Source of the DNA: the human T2T-CHM13v2.0 reference genome, Homo sapiens
Strand: one strand, 5' to 3'
DNA: 64,000 bases
Assembly: GCF_009914755.1 (NCBI RefSeq)
Contig: NC_060938.1
The notes under the pieces are model-generated. The model was not told the DNA's origin, did no database searches, and was given only the letters and a program-made list of their open reading frames with translations. Below are positions 38,335-54,476 of this stretch, in pieces (the first letter of the stretch is position 1; each line of letters opens with the position of its first letter). The translations under genes were made by a program, and so were the position numbers.

Positions 38335-38605
38335 GCTAGCTAGCTAGTTCCGTACTATCACTGGAATTTCCTTTTAAAACCTACTATTTCATCTGACCAT
38401 AGCCAAAATGAAGCAAGTAATAGTTCTGTTTTGAATCTATGTTAACAGTCCCATGAACACAATTAGGAGTCAAATTCTCTACTTTTCTGAAGAAAAATAT
38501 TTCAAAATATTTCAGCCGGTGGGGCTTTTAGTTACAAAGAATGCTGCTCAGGCAGAAATGGACTCTCATTCACATCTGAGGAAGTAGTCCTTGCCTCAAA
38601 ATGTT
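38335..38605 (+). repeat. about 270-bp direct duplication, copy 2
   Basis: Aligns with 36400-36674. Confidence 0.95.
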
Positions 38606-40093
38606 CGTAACATAGTTGGAATTCTTGATTTTGTGCTTAAAAATAAATCAACCAGCAAAATTTTTGTAGCTTGTGTTTTATTTCTAAACTGAAATCAATG
38701 ATTTCTAATGTTATTTGCAAGTACTTCACCACAAACATGCTGTCTTAGTCTAGCATCAGTTTACCCGGATACTATCAACTGCAAGCACCACTCATTTAAA
38801 ATATAAAACGACTAAATGGTAAACCAGTATGCTCATTTGCTCACCACTGGAGCTATACAAGGTATTCACCACATGGGGAAACTCTAACATAATTTTTAAA
38901 GAAAATATAATTCTGGTAATTAAGGGGGAAAAAATGGAAATAGATTATTACCACATTGTTGGGTTAGCCTTGTCCAAAGATCACTGATATGGGTTGGGGA
39001 ACACCATAAACATACCTACTACCAAAGAATAGGTAGCAATAGCTCCTATACTGAGCCAATGGCATCAATCAATAATTGGTTCTGTAATATTCTATCAGAA
39101 AGAATTACAAATATTAGTATTTAGGGATATTTTTGTAAATTCTAAGCCATTTGATTGAAAATGGCTCCACGAAGAAAAAATACATTAAATGTACATACTT
39201 ATTTTAAGAGGAATAAAATTTGACATCTTAATGAAATGTTGCATATTAAGGGAAAAAGTGGTGTGTCTTGATGGTTTCATTAGGAAACTATCTTAACACA
39301 AAACCAGACATTTCATGGGAAGACAATTTGAAAATGCACCTGAAAACTTTCTCAGTCAAAAAGAATCTAGTCTGTAACAGGCAGGTTGCTTGAGTCCTAG
39401 ATCAATCATCAATTCTGAAACTTGACTGGATTCAAGACTGTTTTAAGAAAGGGAAAAAAAAAATCCCTGGCTTTTCTTGTTTATATGCCTCAGTCTCCCA
39501 AGTAGCGTGGATTACAGGTACACGATACCAAGCCAAGCTAGTTTTTGTAATTTTAGTAGAGATGGGATTTCACCATGTTAGCCAGGCTGGTCGTGAGCTC
39601 CTGGACCTCAAGTGATCCACCAGCCTCACCCTCCCAAAGTGCTGCAATTACAGGCATGAGCCACCGTGTGCAGCCACAAATAACTTTAACATTACTCATT
39701 TGTCATGGTATTCAACAATACACATACTCCCATATGTCAGTGTTGATCTTTACCAAAGATAAAATTTTAAACTGACAATGTGGTGCAATTTTATTTTTTA
39801 AAAAACTAAAATTGAGGCTGGGCATGGTAGCCCATGCCTGTAATCCCAGCACTTCCGGAGGCCGAGGCAGGTGGATTGCCTGAGATCATGAGTTAAGAGA
39901 CTAGCCTGGCCAACATGGTGAAACCCGGTTTCTACTAAAATACAAAAAAATCAGCAGGGTGTGGTGGCATGCACCTGTAGTCCCAGCTACTCAGGAGGCT
40001 GAGGCACTGCTTGAACCTGGGAAGCAGAGGTTACAGTAAGCCAAGATCGCACCACTGCATTCCAGCCTGGGAGACAAAGCGAAACTCTCTCTC

Positions 40094-40124
<31 letters not shown>

Positions 40125-40306
40125 GAAATTGAGTCACATGCAGTGGCTCTCATGTGTAATCCCAGCACTTTGGAAGGCCAAGGCAGGCAGATCGCTTGAG
40201 CCCAAGAGTTCAAGACCAGCCTGTGAGACAAAGAAAAAAAAATTGCTGGGAGCAGTGGCTCATGCCTGTAATCCCAGCACTATGGGAGGCCGAGGAGGGC
40301 AGATCA

Positions 40307-40573
<267 letters not shown>

Positions 40574-40809
40574 TTAAAATTCTCATTTTATCAACATAGA
40601 AGAGTAAGAAGTTCTTTCACTTACAATAAAATTCCTTTTAAGGAACAGATATGATTGCTAGGCAACAGAGTGAAGGTGCATTTCAGAGAACTGGGAACTA
40701 TTTCTATCTTGGTTATAGTTATGGTTATATGACTATGCATTTTGTAAATCAAATCTGATGTAGGAATTATACACCAAAAGGGTGAATTTTATTGTGTGTT
40801 TTCTATGCT

Positions 40810-42025
40810 GACTCCAATTTCTATCTTTCCATTCACTTGAAATCTGTGTAAGATTTCTGCCTTTAACAGTACCTACCTTTGTCAAAGGTCACCAATGACA
40901 CCGCTAATTCAAAAAGACGTTTTCTAAATTCTCATACTACTTCAACTATTAGTGACATGAAAGACCTTGTTTGCCTTTCTACTCTTTTGACATATATTCA
41001 TACAGTTTCCAAGATACTTCATGCTTCTCCATTTTTTTCATTTTGGCATTTTCAATCTCCTTTGCTCATTTCTTCCTTACCGCCACATTCTTTAAAGGTC
41101 ACAGTACCCCCAGAATCTCTCTTCTGTTTCCAATCATCCAGTATTGCGGTTTTATAAACTCTAAGCAGATGACTCCCTTAGAACCATATAAACAACTGCT
41201 TACTTAATATCTCTCCAAACGGATCAACTTTAACATGTCCACAACTGATTTATGATATCTGCTCCTCACCTTAGCTCCTCCCAATCACTGTCACTGTAAA
41301 TTCCATAATTCCAGTTGTCCAGACAAAAACGCTGGCCACATCTGATTCCTCTCTCAAGCCTCACAACATAAGCAAATTTCTCAGCAACACCTTTAAGATC
41401 CATCTGCTTTTCATCACTCCCATTGCCATTTCTCTGGTCCCACCAAAAATCACTGCTTCTCTGAACAGCCACCCATTATCTTTCTCAGTAAGAGTGATCT
41501 TGTTAAAATATGAGTAAGACCCTCCCATTCTCTTCACAAAGCCCTCTAATAGCTTCCCATCTCATTCAAAGTAAAAGCTAAAGACATTATGCCTTATGCG
41601 TCACGTGATGTCTTTAACCCAACCCCTTTTCTCTGAGGCCATCTATTTCTGGTTTTTTTTTTTTTTTGGAGACAGAGTTTTGCTCTTGTTGTCCAAGCTG
41701 CAGTGCAATGGGCACAATCTCAGCTCACTGTAACCTCCACCTCCTGCATTCAAGTGATTCTCCTGCCTCAGCCTTGTACTACAGGCGCCCACCACCACGC
41801 CCAGCTAATTTTTTGTATTTTTGGTAGAAATGGGATTTCACCATGTTAGCCAGGCTGGTCTTGAACTCCTGACCCCAGGTGATCCGCTCGCCTCGGCCTC
41901 CCAAAGTGCTGGGATTACAGGCGTCAGCCACCACTCTCGGCCTCTATTTCTTATTATAGTATTCCTGCTATATACAATGCCTCACAGCAGGATCATAACA
42001 AATATTTGTTGAGTAAATAAATGAA
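40810..42025 (+). mobile_element. L2 fragment interrupted by an Alu
   Basis: cttgtcaaaggtcaccaatgac-like motif; ends aatatttgttgagtaaataaatgaa. Confidence 0.7.
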
Positions 42026-44085
42026 GTTCCCAACTGACTTCTAGGAAATAATAATCCATAAATCACACAATCAACAACGTGTAACAAACCGAACCCTATC
42101 TATGTAATAGCTGAAAAGCCAGGATTGGTGTTTTGATTTTCTGGCTTAATAAAGATCAAAGCAGGGGACTTCCCAATGAAAATCGAATAAAAGTTGAATA
42201 TCATACTTTACCAAAAAATTCTATCTGTTTTCAAGGTATTTATTTAAAAAAAAAAAAATCAGCTATTGGCCAGGCCCAGTGGCTAATACCAGCAGTTTGA
42301 CACCAGCCTGGGCAACATGGTGAAACCCCGTCTCTACTAAAATACACAAAAAAAGTCAGGTATGGTGGCGCGCCGGTATTCCCAGGAACTCACAAGAGGC
42401 TAAGGCAGGAGGATCCCTTGAAACCGGGAGGCAAAAGGTGCAGTGAGCTGAGATCGTGCCACTGCACTCCTGCCTCAGCAATAGAGCAAGATCCTGTCTC
42501 AAAAAAACAAAAAACATGCAAAAAACACAGCTATTGTGCCTGTGATGAACGTGAATTTGGAGGTGAAATCATATGCCTGCTGTAAGGACATCACAAATAC
42601 CAGTTTATTTCTACAGATGACTTTCTCCTATTTACTCTTTCAACATTCGCTCTACAACTGCAGTCTGGGTTATTTCCTTCCTGAAGAGTAGGCTTTAGTC
42701 ATTACATTTCTTATAACTTACACAACTCTAGACTTATTCTACCCAGTAAAACTGATTTTTGCAGCATTCTAGACCTGCACTATCCAATTCTATAGTCACT
42801 AGTCACATGTGGCCACTGAACTTAAATGTTCTACTGAACAGCAAGCAATGTTCTAGTTTGTTGCCTCCACAAACTTCCATCTACCGCTTATATGTAATTA
42901 CCAGAGTCCAGTAATCTATAATTTACTGTCTATTACAAAACCCATAATCCTTAAAAACTCTACAAAACGACTTAGCACAAATGGATAGTTACATATCTCC
43001 TATAACTACAGAGCAGGATGGTGGAATTATAAGAAACAGTTAAAATTTTCTAACAGTATCAGATGTTGTACTCAGAGTCTTGTTTCCAGAATATATAACG
43101 AATCCTACAACTAATTCTACAACCTAATACAAAAATGGGTAATAATCTGAATACATGTGTGGAAGAGTAAACAAATGGCTGGGCTGGGCACGGTGGCTCA
43201 TGCCTGTAATCTCAGCACTTTGAGGCCGAGGCAGGCAGATCACGAGGTCAGGAGATCAAGACCATCCTGGCAAACATGGTGAAACCACGTCTCTACTAAA
43301 AAATACAAAAATATTAGCCGGGCGTGGTGGCGGGCACCTGTAGTCTCAGCTACTCGGTAGGCTGAGGCAGGAGAATGGTGTGAACTCAGGAGACGGGGCT
43401 CTTGAGATCACACCACTGCACTCCAGATTGAGTGACAGAGCAAGACTCCGTCTCAAAAAAAAAAAAAAAAAAAAAAAAGCTGAAAAACACATGAAAAGAC
43501 ATTCAATATTTTTAAACAAAATGCAATTAAATCCTGACTGAGATACCACCACACTCTCACTAGACTAGAATGGATAAAAGCAAAAGACAGATATGAATGT
43601 AAGTGGAGCAACTGGAACCTTCCACATGACTGATGGGAATATAAAAGGGTACAGCCACTTTTAGCTGTTGGTCAGGTTGACCATATAATCACCATACAAC
43701 CCAGCACTTCTCCTAGGTATATATACTCAAAAGAAATGAAAACACATGACCACACAAAAATTTGCATACCAATCTCCATGGCAGAATTTGTTTTTGTTTT
43801 TTTTTCCTGTACGGATTTGCCTATTTTAGGCATTCATATAAATGGAATCGTACAATGTGTGTCTTGTGACTGGCTTTGTCTGCTTAGAATATTTTCATGG
43901 TTCATCCGTGTTGTACCATGTATCAGTACTTCTTTCATTTTATGGTTACTACATTTTGTTTATTCTTTAGTCAGTTGATGGACATTTGAGTTTTTCTGGT
44001 ACATCTTTAAAAATGCTGCTATGGCCGGGCCTAGTGGCTCCCGCCTGTAATCCCAGCACTTTGGGAGGCCGAGGCAGGCAGATCA

Positions 44086-44398
<313 letters not shown>

Positions 44399-46671
44399 TC
44401 AGGTGTTCGAGACTAGCCTGCCCAACACGGTGAAGCCCCATCTCTACTAAAGATACACACACAAAAAAAGAGCCCGGCGTGGTGATGCATGCCTGTAATC
44501 CCAGCTACTCCGGAAGCTGAGCCAGAAGAATCACTTGAAACCAGGAGGCAGAGGTTGCACTGAGCCAAGATCTCGCCATTGCAATCCAGCCTGGGAAACA
44601 GGGTGAGACTCCATCTCAAAAAGAAAAGCAACACCAAGGAGGCTAACAAAATCTACCTGAAGAATGCCCTCAAGAAGATTCATAAAACACCAGGATACCT
44701 TAGTGTTGGGTAAAAATGGAATCAAGACCGCTCAACTCAGTCATACAGCAGATTGATTCAGACCCAAATGCCTCTCCTACAAAGAAATATCTCCCACCTA
44801 CTAAACGAGTCTAGGACACAATAAGAAACTAATCTAAAAGGAATACTAAGAAATAAATATTTAGCAAAATTTAAGTCCAGCCAGATGCTATAGCTCATGC
44901 CTATAATCCCAGCACTTTTGGAGGCCAAGGTGGACACATCACTTGAGCTCAGGAGTTCAAGATGAGCCTGGGCAACATGACAAAACCTAATCTCTACTAA
45001 AAACACAAAAATTAGCCAGACATGGTGGCATGTGCCTGTAGTCCCAGCTACTCAGGAGGCTGAGGCAGGAGAATTGCTTGAACCCAGGAGACAGAGGTTG
45101 CCGTGAGCAGTGATGCGCCACTGCACTCGAGCCTGGGCAAGAGAGCCACATCAGGTCTCAAAAAACAAAAAACAAACAAAAAAGACTAATAACTGATTTG
45201 TTCCAAAAGTGTATACTAATCTATGTCACCATCTAAAATCCTTCTGGCACCTATATGTATGATACACAGGTTCCCAAAAGAAAGATATAATTAACAGTGG
45301 AGCTGTGAGCAAATCCAAAACTTCCAAGCCCAGAGTACCCTCTCCACCTAAAATGACACCTCTGAGAGTCATCTGTTAGCTTTTCAAAGTAGCCTAGAAG
45401 TCTCCTGCTCTGTGAAACACATGCCTTTCAATGCAGAATGTCCCCAGTTTTCAAACTTCAAATAACCTAAGTATTTTGGCACTCTCTCCCTTCATACATA
45501 TATATAAACAAACCCATCTCTCAGGTACAGTGTTACTCAAAAACATCTGAAAAATAGAAAAGGAGGTCAAAGTGTCTGCTAATCTAAACTCAGTAAGGTG
45601 AAGGTTCTCCTTCAACCCATATTGTTAATCCAAAGCCTCAGGCTTTGTGTGCCCAGAACAAAATTAGGGATATTAACTATTAATAGTTGAAGAAATGATG
45701 GTTTGACAGTTCTGTCTTGAATTTCAATGGTTTCATTTCAACTAATTTTCTCTCTCTACCAAGATACATTCCTAGAAAAGTCAGGTAGAATAAAACCAGC
45801 AGCAAAATTGCTTGTCTCCTTGAAATTCTGACAGCACAAACTCTGTGAAACCCCCCTTCATGTAACCATTAATGGCATAATCTATCATCTAGTCACGAAG
45901 ACAAAATCTCAGCTTTTGACTATTATTTTCCTACAAGCACCTACTTTCATACCTTTAGTCCAACCAATCACATCAAGACCAATCTACTTCAGAAATTCTC
46001 CCAACCTCCTCTCCATTCCAACATTTACAATGTTTACCATTTAACACATCTTTTTTCCTCTAGCCACAGGCCTGTTTCTAAAATACCATCTATAGGACAC
46101 AATCCCAGAACATGTAATACAAAGCCCTTTACAACTAACATTCTTTACAATTTACTTTACAGCTGGCTGCTCCTCAAACACATCAAGGCCCCTCACAACT
46201 CAATCTTTGTTACATGTGTCATCTTTGACCTGTGAGTTCTTGAAGATTTGTCTATTTCTAATGCACTGACATATTAATATATTTAGCCATGGAGTAATAA
46301 CAGCACTCTGAAAACCTCTAAGAATTTCATACTCGTTACTTATATACTGTATTACTAGTCATGCACCACATACAAAATGTGCTAAGTTTAAAAAGTCCTC
46401 AGAAAGACCATTGAACTAAACCAGTCTTTTTGAACCAGGTTTCTTGCTCACCAAGTCTCCGCTGTCATAATAAAGCCTGTTATCAAACCTGCCATTTATT
46501 GGCAGTTTCTATTTCGTGTTGCCCAAAGTTCTCCAAATAAGAATTAAAGAGGCCAGGAACGATGGCTCACATCTGTAATCCCAGCACTTTGGGAGGGCGA
46601 GGTGGGCAGATCACCTGAGGTCAGGAGTTTGAGACCAGTCTGGCCAACATGGTGAAACCCCGTCTCTACTA

Positions 46672-46905
<234 letters not shown>

Positions 46906-48014
46906 TCAGTCTCTATGAAGGCTAGCAAGATGTCCCACAATGACTGAGAGTTCTTTTAATTCTAAAAGGTGTCCATCCTCAGGCGTAAGAGTTACCTTTT
47001 GAGGCTGGTAGCACCAGACGGGTTTCATCTATGTCTCTAACTGGCAAGTATCCTGATGTAGGTAGGGTCCACGAGATATGACAAAAAAGAATGACTGTCC
47101 ATAAGACAGTGATGTATCCTTTTTCAATTGTAATGTCGCATCCATTTTCAATCAAAACGTCATTCACATACCATAAAATTCACCATTTAAAAGGGTGCCA
47201 CTCCGTGGTTTTTATTAGTTCTGCAATATCACCATTATCTAATTTGAGAACAATTTCATGGGTGATCAATTATAAGGGAAAGTGGGGTTCCAATTTATTA
47301 CAATCTGAAGAAAATATATCTAGTTTATATCTAGATATAGTTTTAGTATGAAAACACTGCAGTATTTGTGGCACAAATCAGAAAACACATATAGATCAAG
47401 ACTTTTATGAGAATTTTTTAAAGAATTATAAGAATAGTGCCAGGTTGGGCCAGGTGCAGTGGCTCATACCTGTAATCCCAGCACTTTGGGAGGCCAAGGT
47501 GGATGGATCATGAAGTCAGGTGAGGAGTTTGAGACCAGTCTGGCCAACATACTGAAACCCCATGTCTACTAAAAATACAAAAAATCAGCTGGGTGTGGTG
47601 GTGTGCACCTGTAATCCTAGCTACTCAGGAGGCTGAGGCAGGAGAATCTCGAGAACCTGGGAGGCGGAGGTTGCAGTGAACCGAGATCTGCACCACTGCA
47701 CTCCAGCCCGGGAGACAGCACGAGACTCGTTTCCAAAAGAAAAAAAAAAAAAAAAAAGAAAGAAAGAATAGTACCAGGGTAGCTGTTGACGAACATCAAT
47801 TTCATGTATATGCCAGCCTACCTAAGGACTTAAAGATCTATTTTTAGAGTACTTCCCAATCTCGCTTAATTCAACAACTACAGCTTTGAATACTTGTGCA
47901 TTCCCAACATTGTGATAAAAATTCACTTTTATTACAACACCTTTCGCAAAACAAAACCAGCGCCTTCAAATGAATATTAAAAAGAGGGCCAGGCGTAGTG
48001 GTTCACACATGTCA

Positions 48015-48329
<315 letters not shown>

Positions 48330-48908
48330 TTACTCCGATTTACATATGAAGACCCAGAGCTTTCACTCAGAGCCAATTTCCCATCTTCTTTGATTAAACA
48401 ATTTAACATAGTCAATGAAGTATCGCTGTTACCATTTAAAATAAAAATCTAAACCTTATGATAATGAATCTTCAGAATGACTTCTTAGAAGATATTAATA
48501 CCATTTTTCTAAGTTGTTATTCCACCAGGTCATACCCAACCTATTTCCCAGGTCCAAATTGACCTAACATTTTCCAAACCAGCAAAAAACTCCTGTATCT
48601 GCCCCTCTCCCCACTAAACAAACACTCCTCCTCCTTTCACCTTCATTAACATCTATCATGTAAGACACACACTCAATTCCTCAATTCTCCAACCCAACTT
48701 GAGTAAGTTCCCATCATGTGGACACCTCCTAAAATTCATTTTCCCAACAAAGATCTCAGTACTCTAAAAGTCAGCTCTTTGCCAGCTATTACCTAGTTGC
48801 TCCACTAGTTATCAGTAATCATTATCTACTGGCTGACGTTAGAACAATAGAAGACATTACTTTTCACTGACAATAACATGCAGCAATATATCCGACAGTA
48901 ACTACTAG

Positions 48909-48996
48909 TATCGGCTGGTGCAAAAATAATTGCGGTTTTGCTTTTTACCGTTCAAAGAAATGTCAAAAACGGAATTACTTTTGCTCAAACCTAATA
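48909..48996. mobile_element. MADE1 (Hsmar1 MITE)
   Basis: ggctggtgcaaaaataattgcggttttg...caaaaacggaattacttttgctcaaacctaata; TA flanks. Confidence 0.85.
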
Positions 48997-49616
48997 TATT
49001 GTTGTCTATTGAAAATCTGAAGAGGCCACCAATTTCTGTGAAGATATTTCTGCAAACGTGATTTCTTTAGATTTCTCTGCAGTATATATCTCATTGTCTC
49101 AACTAATGTTTTCCAAATTCCCTGCTCAAATTTTCAAATTTCCCCATTCACAATGTGCCTTGCCAAGAAAAGACTTTTTAATGAGAACTATTTTCAAGAA
49201 GACTGTCACTGTATACTGCTAAAACTTGATACACTCATAAAAAACATCAACTAAGAGTCCATGACATCCCTGAAATTATACCAACAAAAGTGTGAGTTTA
49301 TTAAACTGGTCTGAATTGAGCCATGACAAAGAAATAGGATAATAATACACAGAAACACAACCACGTCCTTAATCTTTTATTAATGATTCTCAACTCTGAC
49401 TGGACAAAAGAACACATAGAAAGCACTGAAAAATATACTAGTACTTAAGAAAGTCTGCATAAGACCAGTTGTGTAAGAATCCCTATAGGAGAAGCTGGCA
49501 TGAGTATATTTTAAATGTGGTCAAGCAATTACCATGTGCAGAAAGGGTTAAAGGGCAGATGCTTCAGACAAACTCACTGGGTTTCAGTGCCTTCAAGACA
49601 CCTGACCAATAATTAA

Positions 49617-49746
49617 CCCATCTATGCCTAATGTTCCATTACTGGAATGCTAAGCTTGTCGGAGTTATTTATATCCTACTGCATTAGGTCATTACCAAGG
49701 TCTGATTGCAAAAATTCAAAAAATTGCAATTTCAGGAATAAATGGG
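49617..49746 (+). mobile_element. MER85 (piggyBac/PGBD3 MITE)
   Basis: TTAA|cccatctatgcct...aggaataaatggg TIRs; internal gttccattactggaat palindrome. Confidence 0.88.
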
Positions 49747-49770
49747 CTGAGTTCACTAGTAATGTCCTGA

Positions 49771-50040
<270 letters not shown>

Positions 50041-50277
50041 TGATCCACCTGCCTTGGCCTCACAAAGTGCTGAGATTACAGGTGTGAGCCACCGTGCCCA
50101 GCTGATTTTTATTTTTTAAGAATTTCAAAAATTTCAACAAAAATAAAAATGAAGAATTACAGAACTCCTTAGTTTTCAAAATGTTCACACATAACTGTAA
50201 AAATCTGAGGAAAGGGCTGGACACAGTGGCTCACACCTGTAATCCCAGCACTTTGGGAGGTCAAGGCGAGTAGATCA

Positions 50278-50517
<240 letters not shown>

Positions 50518-51729
50518 TCAGGCCAGGCGTGGTGGCTCACGCCTGTAATCCCAGCACTTTGGGAGGCCAAGACGGACGGATCATGAGGTCAGGAGATCGA
50601 GATCATCCTGGCTAACACGATGAAGCCCCGTCTCTACTAAAAATACAAAAAATTAGCCGGGTGTGGTGGCGGGCGCCTGTAGTCCCAGCTACTCAGGAGG
50701 CTGTGCCAGGAGGCGCAGCTTGCAGTGAGCCAAGATTGCGCCACTGCACTCCAGGATGGGCGACAGAGCGAGACTGTCTCAAAAAAAAAAAAAAAAAATC
50801 TGAGGAAACCGCTAATGTCAAATGAAAAAAACATTTTGATGATGCATTAATGATGCTCAACCACACCATTTTATTATGGCATTCAAGGCCCTTTACAATC
50901 TGGATTTGAATTCCTTTTCGGGCCTTACTCTTCTGGCCTTCTAATGACTACGTACCATATTCTGTGAGGTTATTTCTCAAACAGAAAGTCTATACTTTCA
51001 TGTCTGACACTTTCAGTGTATACTTTATGGTATTTAACGGCTGACTTGATTCCTTTACAACTCCCATGCATGACTGATTAACTCAGTTCAAATGTTAAGC
51101 ATTCCCCAATCAGTAATTTTTATTCCAAAATCAGACTGAATTGTTATATACAGTAATAACATTAAAATACTAATGACTGGAATACTGGCATTATAAGACA
51201 AATAGTATATAAAGTAATATGCTTTATATATTGCATGTTTAAAGTCTATTGCATACAATAGTTTGCTCCATATACTTACATATACTGCATGAGTTTGAAC
51301 GCGACAAGCCAAATAAGTCTTAACATTTCCTTCATGTTAACTGAGACTGATGTTATCAGAATGTCAATGTGGTAACACTCTTAAGCACATCATCCTATTT
51401 CCTGTTAAGCATTTGCTATCAACAGTTCTAAATCTGTTACCCAAAGCCACCCATAACCCAGTCCCTAGTCACCACACTCAGCGAATTTTTTTGTATTTTT
51501 AGTAGAAACGGGTTTCACCACGTTAGCCAGGGATTATGAAATAATGCATTAAAATCAGTATCACCCTACCTAATAATCTACTTAATGATTTAGAAAAAGG
51601 TGTTTTTTTGTTTTGGAGTTAGGGGAGTATGTTTGAAAACATCTTTGATGTTCATCACCACAAACCAGAAGAACGAAATGGTTCTCACTAAATAGCTGTT
51701 TAGCAGAAATACAAAACATTTTAACATAC

Positions 51730-51777
51730 CTATCATAATAGTCCCGTTGAAAGTCATAGTCCAAGTCAAAAGAGGAG
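51730..51777 (-). CDS. HNRNPC: hnRNP C coding exon 3 (48 nt)
   Basis: SFDLDYDFQRDYYDR; TTTTTCAG acceptor, TAG|GTATGT donor; phase matches neighbours. Confidence 0.98.
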
Positions 51778-52235
51778 CTGAAAAATAAATACCGAAAAGG
51801 GTTAATTTGGAAATGTTTCTACTAATTCACAATGTCAGGTGAGGGGAGAACCATGCCAAATAAACCACAACAAATAGATCAACAAGATTAGCACTGAATG
51901 ATCCCCAATCATTCATACAATAAATCACTCAATTCCAATCACCTTAGACCACTGGAAATGTAGCGGTCAAATTGGAAATTCAGGTTAAAATTCGCTAAGA
52001 TTTCCACATACGACATAGCTAAACTAAACACTGAAAAACAGAATGGTAAACTAAGCATTCTTATACCACACTTCTACCCTCTCTTACTCTCTAGTGTCTT
52101 AGAAGCTCAACGATCCTGTATAAGTATTTCAGGTTATGCTATAAATATCAAACTACTCTTTAATATCAATAGCAAAAACCTCAGGGATTTTTAATTCTCT
52201 AGAAATTTTCTCTAGGGCAAAAAAGAGACATATTA

Positions 52236-52505
<270 letters not shown>

Positions 52506-54227
52506 TTAATGACAACTTTGTATCCGGGTAAAACAAACTACAAAGTTTATTTTTTTTATTTTTGAGACATAGTTTCGCTTTCTCGCTCAGGCTGGAGTGC
52601 AGTGGTGTCACCTTGGCTCACTGAAACCTCTACCTCCCGGTTCAAGCGATTCTCCTGCCTCAGCCTCGAGAGTAACTGTCACTACAGGCGGGCACCACCA
52701 TGCCCAGCTAATACAAACTACGAAGTTTAGAAAATCACACAGACACATAAATTAGAAAATGTGGAACAAAACAACTCATCTTTCCTTAAGACACTGTCTC
52801 ACTGTCATACAAGCTGGAGTGCAGTGATGCAATAATGGCTCAATACAGCCTAGACCTCCGAAGCTCAGGTGATCCTCCCACCCAAGTAGCAGGGACCACC
52901 ACGCCTGGTTAATTTTTCTATTTTTCGTAGGGACGAACTCTTGGGGTCACGTGATCTGCCTTGACCTCCCAAAGTGCTGGAATCACAGGTGTGAGCTATC
53001 AAGCTCAGCTTCATCTCTCCTTTTAATATTAAAAAGGCTCACAAATTTTTACAAGGCTAAGACTTCATCTTCCGTTTCTTTGTAGTCTGTTCTTTACCAT
53101 TCAAGTGTTCCTGAGACTAACATTAAGTCTGTCTTTGGTACTCTCCACCCTCAGATACCACTTCAACTCAACTCTCCCCATTCAAGGTACTGACTGTTCA
53201 CTCAGTTACTATTACAAGAGAAAACTATCACTGGTTGCCTTTCCAAGAATGGTTCAGCTCATTCCGAATTATTACAAATATATTAGAATGAAATATATTA
53301 AAATATATGCCAATTCACAAATTAACATAGTGAAGTGTGACAACCTCAAATCATCCTCAAAGGCAACTTCAGATTTTCTTTATAAGTAAGGATTAGCTGT
53401 TCTACACGTAAAATATCCTGGGTTAACGACTGCTTTCTGAATAATTGATCAATTGCTTAAACAACCTTTACACACACCAAAAAAAATAAAAGAGCAAAGG
53501 GAAACAACCCTGGTTTTCAAATACAATTTGTAACACGTATGCCCAGCTACCTACCCTGCCACCCACTGCCTACCAAACAAGAATTTATCTTCTCCTTGTT
53601 CTAAAAAGCCCATGTCAAAAAGCCAAAAACTCTCTAAAATTCAGTTTACCTTCCCAGTCATGCTACAGCACTCGAGTCAACAGTAACTCCATTTTCATAT
53701 ATACTGCTTTTATTAAAATGAGCTTCATTTTAATATACAAATGCCCCAAAATATAAATTCCAAATTCCACCTCAAACCATTAACTAGATGAGTGTGGGTA
53801 TTTTTTTAGACAGAGTCTTGCCCCATTGCCCAGGCTGGAGTGCAATCACGGCTCACTGTAACCTCCACCTCCCGGGTTCAAGCAATTCTCCTGCCTCAGC
53901 CTCCTGAGCGGCTGGGATTACCGGTACCCAGAACCACAGCCTGCTAATTTTATTTTTTAATAGAGATGGCTTTTCACGGTGTTAGCCAGGATGGTCTCCA
54001 TCTCCTGACCTCATGGCCTGCCCAACTCAAGCCTCCCAAAGTGCTGGAATTACAGGCATGAGCCACCGAACCTGGCCAAATGTGGATATCTTAAACTTAA
54101 TCTTATTTATCTTCCCTTTTTATACAAAAGCAGCTCATCAAATGACCAACTGAAAACTGACTCAGGCCAGGTCCAATGGCTGACGCCTGTAATCCCAGCA
54201 CTTTGGGAGGCCAAAGCGGGAGGATCA

Positions 54228-54476
<249 letters not shown>

